64,000 nucleotides of DNA from Harriotta raleighana (Eukaryota). A program made the translations under genes and the position numbers. Below are positions 51,092 to 63,000 of this stretch, one piece after another (positions within the stretch are counted from its first letter, which is position 1; every line of letters starts with the position of its first letter). Where the stretch lies: contig JBNZDD010013730.1 of NCBI GenBank assembly GCA_050575255.1, positions 6,230,543 to 6,294,542 of the forward strand, written 5' to 3'. Below the pieces are notes generated by a model. It did no database searches, was not told where the DNA came from, and worked only from the letters and a program-made list of their open reading frames with translations.

Positions 51092-54000
51092 GTAAGTGTA
51101 TAAAACCACATAATCCATTTAAATCATTTTTAATTTCTTAGAATTATTTAAACAAATATGCTTGTTTATTAAAATGATTCCACAAATCTGGCATACTTTC
51201 TGACTTTCTTTGCTTTCTTTTATTTTCAGGGAGTCAACAAGTGCATTATGGTAAGCAATATTTTTTCCCCCCCAAGATTTAGCTTTAACAATAATAAGTA
51301 AGATTCTTGCATTTTACATAGCTCTTTATCACATGGTCGAGATGTTTCAAAGCCGTTCACAGAATATATTGTCCGACGTTGTTTTTTTTTTAAGAGGGAT
51401 TATTATCCCCAGAAAGCTATTTGCCATTTGACAAACAACTAGGTTCCTATTTACTGCTCGGTAATCAGAAGTGTAGGAGTAAGGAAACTTGCCTAAAGTT
51501 TCGCCTTGTCAGGGAATCGAACCCATTTGCGAGTTGAGAACACTCACCACTATATTTACAGACTCCACAATTTGCCCAAGAATGTTATTTAATGCTCTTC
51601 ATTAATGCACTCTACAAACTTCAACTTTCCAGAACCCAATTTTATCTCAAGGAGGACGTACACTTACAAGTATGAAGGTGTTATCCTAACTGGGCTCCCA
51701 GAAAAAGATTTGGCGAGAGGCGGTCTGAAAATTATCTGCAAAGTTCAAATTAGTTCCATAGGACAAAATATCCATCTTCTTAAGGTAAACAACTTTTAAG
51801 TTAACCATATTAAATTATACAGCAGTTATTTGTTTTAATGTACATCTTGATGTTGCTATACCTACAGGCTGGAAATAAAATAACACATTTCCCATTTGTG
51901 CTGATATACAGCCATAAGATTATTATTTACATCGGTCAGTGATGTTGTGCTTTACTTCTAGGGTTGGAAATATATACAGTATCTAGTTTTCAGAAAAATC
52001 ACCTTTCTAATAGCTTTTGTGCTTTAGAATGAAAGGACGTGATATGTGCTGATAATGTAATTTCAAACACATGCTGGCCTCCACCCAACCCACAACCTCT
52101 GTTGGTTTGTACCAGGGAATAATGGATTGCCTGCACACAAAATGCAATGTATACAGGATGTCATCTAGTCATATAGCCAAGCAGATTAGACTTATTTCAG
52201 GTGTCAAGAAAGCGCTTTATTTTTGCTCCGACGATAACATTTGTACAGGTTATAAATGCAAACACAGACTGCCTCTGGGGTAAAGATCTGAAATGATCAG
52301 GTCACAGGAACAGAACGAGTTTTACAATTCACTCTGTTAAATGCAATTGGCTCCAAACGTTTCCTGGCATACTAACTTATACAATTTCAGTAGCAAGACA
52401 TACTATGTACAGTACTGAAACAGTAATCATTAGGTTTTAACAATGTAGACCAGTTTTTTTTTGAAAGCACAAACAAATCCTCAACTCACAAATNTACTAT
52501 GTACAGTACTGAAACAGTAATCATTAGGTTTTAACAATGTAGACTACTGTTTTTTTTTTAAAAGCACAAACAAATCCTCAACTCACAAACAACTCATATC
52601 TTATTCTTTACATGACCTCCAAAGATCATTTCACCTCAAATTCAAGAGTACAACGGTATTTGGCCAAAAGCTCCATTTCTTCCAGCACGGAAACTGACGA
52701 GGAGACTGGCTGCAGATCTGAATAAACCTGTGAAGTTTGAATACAACCATGGTCGGGTTGGAAATATTTATGCACCCACAGACTTGCCCGAAAATATTCT
52801 CAACATCTACAGAGGCATTCTGAACCTCCTGCAAATCAGCATTAAAAAGACACAAAATATTTATGATCTACAGGAGGTATGTTTTAATTCTTATCATATA
52901 TCTTTCTGTAATATTCAAGTCTGTACTCCAGACTAATTCTATATATATGCACACATTACTGTCCTTAGATGGGAGTGGAAGGTATCTGTCATGCAAAATA
53001 CCTTCTTCAGGAGGATAAGAAGGCTGGACAAATAATTATTACAAAATCAAAAGATCTGAACAACTGTCAGGAGAAAGCTTCAAAGACAATAGGCATTCCC
53101 TTTACACAGTTTTGTGAAAGTTGTCAACAGGTAAGCTCAAATTATTTTTTTTTGATGACAGTTTGCTGAAGAAATAGCTAGTAAAGGAGATCTGCAGAAC
53201 ACTTGTCCCTCAATAACTAACTTCCATAGACTGATCAAAACTTTCTGTAAACTTAACCTTTCTCCCTGTATTTACTCTGCAAGCCTAAAACAACAAAACA
53301 CCTAGTTAGATAGAATTTCTGAAAACATTTCAATGAATTCCTTACTGATAGTTTTACTTGGGAGAAGTCTAAATCTTAGAGTACAGCCTAACTTTTGAAC
53401 GTGATTGAAAATTGAAAAAACAATGTGCCTATCGGATCTTGCTGTGTGCAATTGGCTGCCACGTTTCACCAACAAAATATACAGTCAATTCACTATCTAC
53501 AGTAGTATATTCTATGAAGCGCTTTGAGACGTCTCGAAGACGTGATAAGGATTATTATTAAGTTCAAACATCTTTCATGTAGGATCCTATTATTTAAAGT
53601 CAGCGGAGAGGTTATTCCATGACACATTGGGTGGTGTTGAAGCATTACACATAACCATGTTTCTCACAGACCCCCAGTAGAACCCCAGAGAGTTGGGAGA
53701 ACAATATGTTGATTCAGCCATCATAGACCACGATGGGAGCTGGGTGCGGTTGTTTTGTGATGGGAGGATGAACATTGATAGGGAAAAAAAAAGGCATGAA
53801 ACCCATTCATTCATAGCATCCCTAGAGTGGGCTAGCACATCTGCCGTGCTTTGGAGAATTGCACTGATGTTGAAACTTTACACATTCACAGTTCCAGTTA
53901 GATGCAGGTATGAGAAACGAGACCGGCGAGAGGATTATGTACAGGGAAATTAAACTGAGGAAAGGGGAATGTGAAGAATGTGAAACCATCTGTGCCCTCT

Positions 54001-57000
54001 TTTTGTATGTTTAGAAAGGCAAGAACCTACAGAGTTTTTCCACGTACACCTACACAATGAAAACTAAACAAGGTGGCTCACAGATTATTGAAGTTAACAG
54101 CCATGAAACACATCAGTTCACACCATTCAATGAACATGATGGTGGGGTGCTTTTGGAGGCAAGGTAAAAGTAAAAGAATATTTTCTGTACACAAAGCACC
54201 TGTATAAAAATATTTTTGTCTGCCCAACAAGCTACTTTTTTTTAAATACAGATTTATTTTCTGTAATTTACTGATTCTGAAAGTAGATTTCTTTGATGCA
54301 AAAGAGCAACTTGCATTTATACAGCACTCTTCACATAGGATCACATCTAAAAGTGCTTCAAAAATGTGCTTGGATACAAAGCATTTTTTTAAAAAAAAAT
54401 TACATAACTGCTCCAAATAAATCCCATCAGTTCTGTTGACTCAACGCTATGGGAATCCTTATATGAGCCAAGTGTAAGGCTGTAGGTGTAACAAATGTAT
54501 CAGAGGTGAATAATGGCGTTTCACTTTAGAATGCAGCTTTTTGAGGCCATGAAAGCAGGTGATGCCAATGCTGAGCAATGGAACGGCTTTGCTTTCCATT
54601 TTTGGCACGCAGTTTCAGTATCCAGCACTTCAAGGTTGGCTATAGCGAGGGTCAATCCAGAGTAAAGATCAATCACTTTACTCTGCACAAACAACAGTCC
54701 TTTAACCCAGTACTGCAACAGTGTTTTACCAACGTTATCATGTTCTATTCTCGCCAGATTTGGTCTCTCTAAACGAGATTGGCAGTTTAATGCCAAATTG
54801 TGCTGAACGCTGGGTAGTTTTACACCTGAACGTATTTATATCAGAATCTTAAAGCTAACATGGACAAAATCTTGATTTATCTTGTATGACTTGGGCACCA
54901 GATATAACGCTAGTTTGCCAGTCAGAGTCTGAAATATATGTCCAACTAAGTTTACAGTGAAGTATAAGGACATAAGAATGGAACAAAAAAATGATCCACT
55001 CATCAAACATTCCAATGCATACAATTATATATCATATGTAAAAAAGGACTTTATTACATATGATATGTTTTGTCTTTTTTGTTTTACAGACAACATCTTA
55101 TATTCTTGGATTCCACAAGTCAATCATTGCCCACCACATCATACCTCATGGAAAACCGCGGCACTCTGATATATCAGTTTTCCAATGAATTGTTGCAGAT
55201 GCCAGTACATTTATTCAAGACCTCAAATAATGATACTCAGGTAATTATAGTGTTGATCACTAGAGCATCAGAAAACATGGGAAAATAAAAAGGTCTTCAG
55301 CCAATCAAGCCTACTCCTTTCATAGAACAAACCATAGCTGCTGTGTTCTGGACGTCACTCCAATTGATGGGGAAGGTTCTCTAAAGTTGTGTTTGAATTC
55401 CAAAGGCAATGAGGCAAAATGTCCAGAATACTGCAAACACCTGCAGGATGTGTGAAAGTAGCTGTACTTGTTAACACCGTTTAGCTTTGATTAAAACAAG
55501 CGTGATCTTAAACACACTAGAATAGTGAGAGGTAAAGAAGGAGTTAACAACTATCAATTAAAAGATGGAACAGTTGTACTTTCCACTGGAGATGCTGCGT
55601 AAAAACTACATGGGTACTTTCAACTGAAACTGATTGAATTGGGCTCTCTAAGGAGGATGTCAAATGGTTTCCCCTGCGTTTTGAAAACGCAAGGTCAATT
55701 AGGCTGGCTCTAATGAGTCTCACAAGTGAGGGTTCAACTTGCTGAATGTGGAAAAAAATAATTATTAGAGAGACAAGAACCAGCAACTTTTGTTCCAGGC
55801 TGTCAGCTAGCACTGGTGCAATCTGCAACACCGCGATAGGTACAGATTGCAATTTTGTACCCTTCATGAAGATATCATCCTATGTAAATCATACATTCTG
55901 ACACAATAAAGGTGCACCATTGATCAACGTTTGTACTTCAAATGGAACAGAGAAGTTGAAATAGACCAGGAGAATGCACAGAAAGTATTTGAACCAGACT
56001 GAGACGCATTACCTCAGTGAGAAAGTTACAAAAAGAATGAATTTTTGGATCAGGAATCATAGTCTGAGGTCTATGGAGAGGAAATGAGCCTCAGAAGAAA
56101 TTACAAACTAGATAAATGCACCCTTCCAGGTCAAGGGATCAATCAAAGAGTACAAGACGTGATTTAATACATTTAGATGCAATTTAGAAGCAAAGGCCTT
56201 TTTACCAACTTTCCCACTTAATCCCTTTCCAATTTGTACATTTAAACAATCTTTAAGAGATAGTAAGTCAAGTATAGTTTAGCCATATGCCTTCTTTTTA
56301 TGCATTATTATATGTTTTACTATTTCAACTGATATCTGAATAAATTTAATACAGAAATTTAAAATGAACATGAACTAAATTACCTCTTGAAGAGTATATT
56401 TCTATGATGGTTTTAAATAAATTAATAGACAATTAAATAATTCACAATTCAATGAGCTGTGCCTGCCACCGCTTCTGTAATCTATTTTAGGTGCGTAATC
56501 TGTGCTGCAGAATTGATGCTGCAATCCTGTGACTAATAGCTTTCATGAAATACTCAGTAAACCGCAGGAAAATGACAAAAATATTTTTTTTTATTTAAAA
56601 AAAAGCTTTTGCACAAAAGCCTGAGGGTTTTACATTTTAATTGTGTGTTGTCCAAAATGTAGTGGGTTATCATATGATTGTTTATATGTGAAAGCAATCC
56701 TTTTATTTAATAATGGAATTCATGCAAAAGATGAATGCGATTTGTGCTGTGTATGTGACAAAATAGGTCAGAAGCCAAACGTTAATGCATTAAACAACTA
56801 AATGATTTTTTTTTTTTTAAAAACACAATCGGCACAATGTTTGGCATCATCAGTTTCTATTCATTTTACGTAATAATCATTAACGAACGTTCACAATAGT
56901 ACGTGTTACGGCAAGGAATGCTTTTTGTTACAGATTGCTGAACNGGCACAATGTTTGGCATCATCAGTTTCTATTCATTTTACGTAATAATCATAAACGA

Positions 57001-60000
57001 ACGTTCACAATAGTACGTGTTACGGCAAGGAATGCTTTTTGTTACAGATTGCTGAACTACTGGAAAATCTGGTTCAGAAGAACCAAGATAAGGCTCTTTC
57101 CGACGGCCCATCTAAGTTTCTGCGGCTTATTCAGCTCCTGCGATCAGCAACTTATCAAAGCATTCAAACCATTTGGAAAAAGAAAGCACTCAGACCAGAA
57201 TATAGGTGAATAAGCAGTGTTCACAGCTTTGAGTTCATTTTTAAGATACTTCGTAAGTCATTTACTGAGTGACTAAACAGTTTATTTTGAAAATTAGGCG
57301 CTGGATTTTGGATACATTACCCAGTGCTGGAACAATTGAAGCCCTAACATTTGTCAAAACTAAAATTGAAGAAGGGGTTCTCACACAGTTTGAAGCAGCT
57401 CACGTTTTACTTTTTACTCTCCATTCCATCACACCTGACTGCCACGCTGTGGATAACGCTACGGTAGGCATGAATTTTGAAATCGTTCTTCTATGGCAGT
57501 AATTCAGGTGTGCAACCCCAAAGATTTCTCACCAGAAAAGAGTTGAAAAATAAAGTGGGCTAAAAGAGACAATTCACAAGGGATGATGACAAAGAGTTTG
57601 ACAAGCAGCGAGTGTTCACGATGTTCCTCAATAAGTATTCAATTGCAAATGGTGACTCCGTGCTAGTTACAGTAGTAAAATGTGATTTTTTTAATGACAC
57701 TGAATTACAGTATTCACGAAGGAAATGCTGATTTGTTTCACAATTTGAAAAGTCCATTTTAAAATAAGGGTTGAGGCATTCCTCTTGCTGCATGGATGTC
57801 ATGAGTGACAATATGCACTAACATTTGGACAGCATTTCTATAAATCTGTCCCCGTCGTCATCTTTTTCTCCCCTCCCCCCCAACCCCCACCCCCAACCCG
57901 CTTCTGCAGTGTTTTCTTTTCTTCCTAATCCACTTCCATCTCAATATAATTCATCTCCACTCAGAGAAAGTACCAGTGTCTCAATCGCGCAAAATCTATC
58001 AGGAGATAAGAAGATTGAGATATAAAAGAGCATGTTGTTTGCCTGCAATAACATCCTTTGCTCAGTCCTTGCCACTTGATACTTTGGACACTCCAGAGGA
58101 AAGCGCTCATTCTCAAGGTGAACAATAGCAAACAAAAGGGGCAACTTCCTGGAACAGATTGAAGTCATACCCTCTATCGTGAGATGTGGTCAGAATGCAA
58201 CAATGATACCCATTTCACAAACTAGACTCCAAATAGAATTCGTCTTCAAAACTAACTGCATTCAACTTCCGACAACTTTTCCTTTCCTGGGCCCAGCAAT
58301 GAGATGGTTTCAGCACGTACCTTTTGAATGTCTAGTTAGTTCATTTTCAAATTTGTCACATTTTTAGCTGGTTTTCTCGATATTGCAGTCATAGGTACCT
58401 AAAATTAATATCAAAAATAATGTTATGCACTTCAAGTTACATAATACTGTATAGTGGGACTGGTGCGAAAATCAACTGAATGAATCTAGCTCGTGTCAAT
58501 TTTCTTCAAGGTCATCAGGAATCTCTAAATAATACAATGAGTGATTCTCTCAATTTGGATTTAAGATTATCCCATGATTCTGTAGTGTAGAAGTATGAAA
58601 ATAATTTCTTCATTAGTAAGGGAATGGTAAACAACACAGGTTAAATCAGAGGTTGTAATAAATCAAACTCAAGATCAATACAAGGTCTCTAGCTAAAAAG
58701 AGCCTAATGATATAGCAAAATAAATCTATAAAATGAGGAGCCGCTGGCTCCTTGTTTATTTAAGAAAGCACAATTGCTTACTAACTTTAAACATGTCCTG
58801 GAAGCAAAACAAAATTGATATTTAATACACCATTTGTGCCCTTCCCAAGGTACTTTTATCCAGTCCATACATACAGAGAACTGCCTTCCTCCGCAGAATC
58901 ACATTGCTTGCTTATGGATCATTGGTAAAAAAATATTGCGGAACTGTTCAGGTTTGTCCTGAAGAAACTTTGCAGGTACGTGAGAATCAATAAATCTACT
59001 GCATATGACATAGTATTTGTGTATGTATTTATTTAAATATGCATGTATTTGTAATTCTCAGCATAGGCATCAAGCTCCCCCACTAATTAACACTACCGTT
59101 GTGAATGGCACGATATAAATGTTATAAGTTGTTGTTGTATTTTACAGCCACTCCATAAGCTACTTGTTGAGGCGAGCAGTAAGTCCAATGAAGAAGATAT
59201 TATCCTTTTTTTGAAAGCAATTGGCAATGCAGGACATCCAGCAAGCATAAAGCGTATTCAGAAGTTCTTACCTGGATTTGCAACAGGAGCTTTCTCTCTT
59301 TCAGCAAGAATTCAGCGTGAAGCCATAATGGCTCTGCGAAATATTGCAGATTTGCAACCACGGAAGGTAAGTCCAAAAATGTTTCAAAGGGTTACAATCA
59401 ATTTTGAACAAGGCAATGTCGTAGTACTATATGTATCAAAGAATTTAAGATTATAAAGGACCAGAAGAGTCAATTGAAGGCTATTATTAATTTCAAATTA
59501 GTGTTTAATAACATGGAAATCTTTGTTGCTATTATTTGTAATATGTAAATACTGTGCATCACATATGAGTATATACAATATCTGTTACAGGTGGAAGAAA
59601 TTACCATCCAATTATTTATGAACTCAAAAAATCATCCTGAAGTACGAATGATGGCTTTTGTGGTGTTTTTCGAGACCAAACCTTCAATGGCTTCAGTGGC
59701 AATAATTACTGATTCACTGATAAAAGAGACCAATTTACACGTGGCTAGTTTCACATATTCATTTATGAAAGCTCTAGCAGGGAGCTCACTGCAAGATCTC
59801 CATTCAGTGTAAGTATAAAGACTTCTCGCGAATGTTATTCAATCGGAAAATAGTTTGCTGAAAAAAAGTATTTGAGAACTTTTCATTTTATTAACATGAT
59901 TGATTTTAACAGGGCCACAGCCTGCAATATGGCAATTAAACGCCTGAGCCCAAAATGTGACCAGTTAAGCTATCGCCACAGCAAAGCCCTGCATTTTGAT

Positions 60001-63000
60001 ACTTTTAAAGGTAATCACTCTAAAAGTAGTTTAATTCATTTCATATGTTTGAACATTCACAGGAGAAATTCCACCTGGCCTGGTCCGAGATTTCATAGCA
60101 TGAAGCATTTATCAAATTCTTAAACACAGCCTTAATTTAGAAGCCTGTTTTACGAACTGCAGAAAACCAAACCGACTTTGAGGTTAAGACTGAATTCAAA
60201 CAATTTGTCAAATTCTGGATGTACTAAAATGTTACATAAATAATATAACTGTAGACTCTGGTGGAATTTTGCCCCATTAGTTTTCTGGGGTTATTAGATG
60301 TCAAGATACAATGTTATTCCACCATGTAGGTAGACAATGTAGTATAAGCACTACACCAGCAATGACTAGTCACTAACCCAGGCTGGATTAGACTACTAAC
60401 AACATCATTAATAATGGATGCTTTCTCTTGCTACCCATTTCCCATTAGACAGGCAGGGAACCCATTCATATGTTTTAAGTTATATTCAACTGCTATTCTC
60501 CCAGCTTCCTCCAAGATGCTGCAAAACGAAGCAATGATATGCAAATAACCACGTGAAAACACAGTTAGACAAAACGATTCTGTACTTTTGCAGAGCAATA
60601 GAGGGATGTGAAAAACTGATAATCGTACATGAAGATGTGATGTCCGAAGTGAATCTGAGCCTGAAATCTCTCTGTGACATTCAACCTCATTTGGATACTT
60701 ATTGCATGACCTAATGCAATGGATATGAAATACAGTGTTGGGTAGTCAATAACATTTTGATATTTGTTATCTCTTCAAATCATTTAGACAAACTAAATGC
60801 TGTAATCCTTTTCATAGATAAACTGTTGGCTGGATTAGAAGCTGATTTCTATTTAATAAATAATGGAGCCAGCATTCTCCCAACATCAGCAATGGCCAAA
60901 TTCAAAGTCTATGGCCTGGGAGGTGCAGGAAGCTTTCTGGAGGTAACTTACCAGTGAAACACAAGATTTGCATGTCCTGTACTTCTCTAAACATCATGCT
61001 ACTTAAACAGAATAGACAACTCTTTGTTTCTGTTTGTAAAGGTTGGCATCCAGTCAGAAGGACTACAAGAATTTATTCAGAAGCAGAGCAGTCCTCCCAA
61101 CAGAAAACAAAGTGATAACTCTGAACGCATCATGAAAAGGGTACGAATAATTCCAAGTTGCATTATGTGGAAATAATTTTTTGGACAATTAGTAACTTAG
61201 TAGCTAAGAATCTCACTTTTCACATTGTTTGAGAGTTAGAATTGCCCAACACGGCGCCAGTAACTGAGATGAAACGTATCAGTTTAAAACCTTGCATGTT
61301 TAATAGGCCTGAAACACAACCTAAAATGCAAAAACATTTCGGATCAAGAAGATCCACTTGTTCTCTCACAAAGGTTTGCAAAATGTACTCACATTCGTCT
61401 TTCAAATATATTTTCTCTAAGCTATCTGGGTGGAAACCATTGCCTACAACCAAGCCGTTGGCCGTTGCCTATTTCAAATTATTTGGACAAGAAGTTGCTT
61501 TTGTTGAACTTAACAAGAATGATATTCAAGAGGCACTGAAGGTAAAATGTTCATCTCTGTCATTTGTAAAGATGGTTTATTTAATTAAAATTAAAAATAA
61601 CGCAAGTATCTTACATTTACGTCTTGTTCTGTGTGCAGCTCTTCAACAACCCAGTGAAAAAAAATGCTCTATTGATGAAACTCACAAAACAGCTGCAACA
61701 AGGATTGACAACACGGTGGTCTAAACCTTTACTGGCAACAGAGGTTCGACATATTGTGGCAACAGGAATTGGTCTCCCGATGGACTTGAGTTTACATTAC
61801 AGTATTCTTACAGCAGTTTCAGTAAATGGTATTGCTTCCTTAAAGAGCTGCTACCAAAATAACTGTCCGAGAGCCTGTTTCGGTAGCAAAATGTGATAAG
61901 ATAATTTCTTCTTCCTCGTTTCCTTTCTTCCAACAGCCAAAGCGCAGTTCACTCCAAACCCTTCGTCCAATGTCACAGCTGCTAAATTGCTGAACTCCAC
62001 CATCCAGCTTAATATTCAAGTCACCCCAAGGTATTAATTTCCACAGAATTGATAACCAGTTAAATTAAAACACAGTGGTAGGGTTAAGCATATGACTCTG
62101 CAGTTTTTTTTTCAAAGTTCATTTTGTAGATTGCCTTTAGATTAAATTACAGTATTCTCAATGGCATACATCAGCCAAAAGGGAATAGGTCAGAGAATTA
62201 ATTATTATTATATTATTATTATCATCATCGATTCCCTTATCTAATAATAGATGAGGGAATTAATAATAACAACAACAATAATAAGGGTTGGAGACTCATG
62301 TGGAGTTTAAACACCAACAGAGACTAGTAGAACCCGAAGTAACTATTACTTTGTAATCACCTTTTTCTCCCTCCAGTGCAGTCAAAGACATCATAGCGAT
62401 TATGGGAATAAACACACAATTTATTCAGACAGGAGTGCAAATGAAGGTAAAAACAAGGACCATAATCCCAGTGGACTTTATTGCTAAAGTAAACTTGAAG
62501 GATAAAAACATCAACATCGAGACTTCCCCATTACATCAGGAGAATTATTTGTTCTCAGCAAGGTAATTGAAACCAATAGGTTTGCGTCCTATGCCGCTTT
62601 ATATTGCAATCTAATTTATGTTATATTTAAACTGAGTTCCTATCACACAGATCGCAGACTTTTGCGTTCTCAAGAAATATTGAAGATTTGGCTGCAGCAA
62701 AAATAACCCCAATATTGCCAGCCGCGGCAGAGATTGGAATGATTAACAGAAACTTTGGGATAGCAAGAAACACATCACAAGATTCCATGCAAGTTACGGT
62801 AAAAGAAAACTTTTCTCGAAATGTTTTAGGACAGACTATTGTGGAATTATATAACTGATTAAAATTGGTATTGTAATGCAGGGCAGAGAGCCTCCTTTTA
62901 TAGCACAACAGGGAACAGTGTGCTCTGCTGAAGAAGCATTGAACAAACGAAAGCCCACAGAGCACAAATTTTGTGTGCAAGGCAGTACTTTTGGATTTGA

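Noticed and set aside
56934-56943. Apparent duplicated start of vitellogenin exon 8
   Set aside because: Stops at the N after 10 nt and lies in a gap-flanking duplicate; an assembly artefact
61242-61724. 160-aa plus-strand ORF
   Set aside because: Only the LSGWKP...EALK part is exon 16; the rest is intron read-through and an out-of-frame overlap with exon 17
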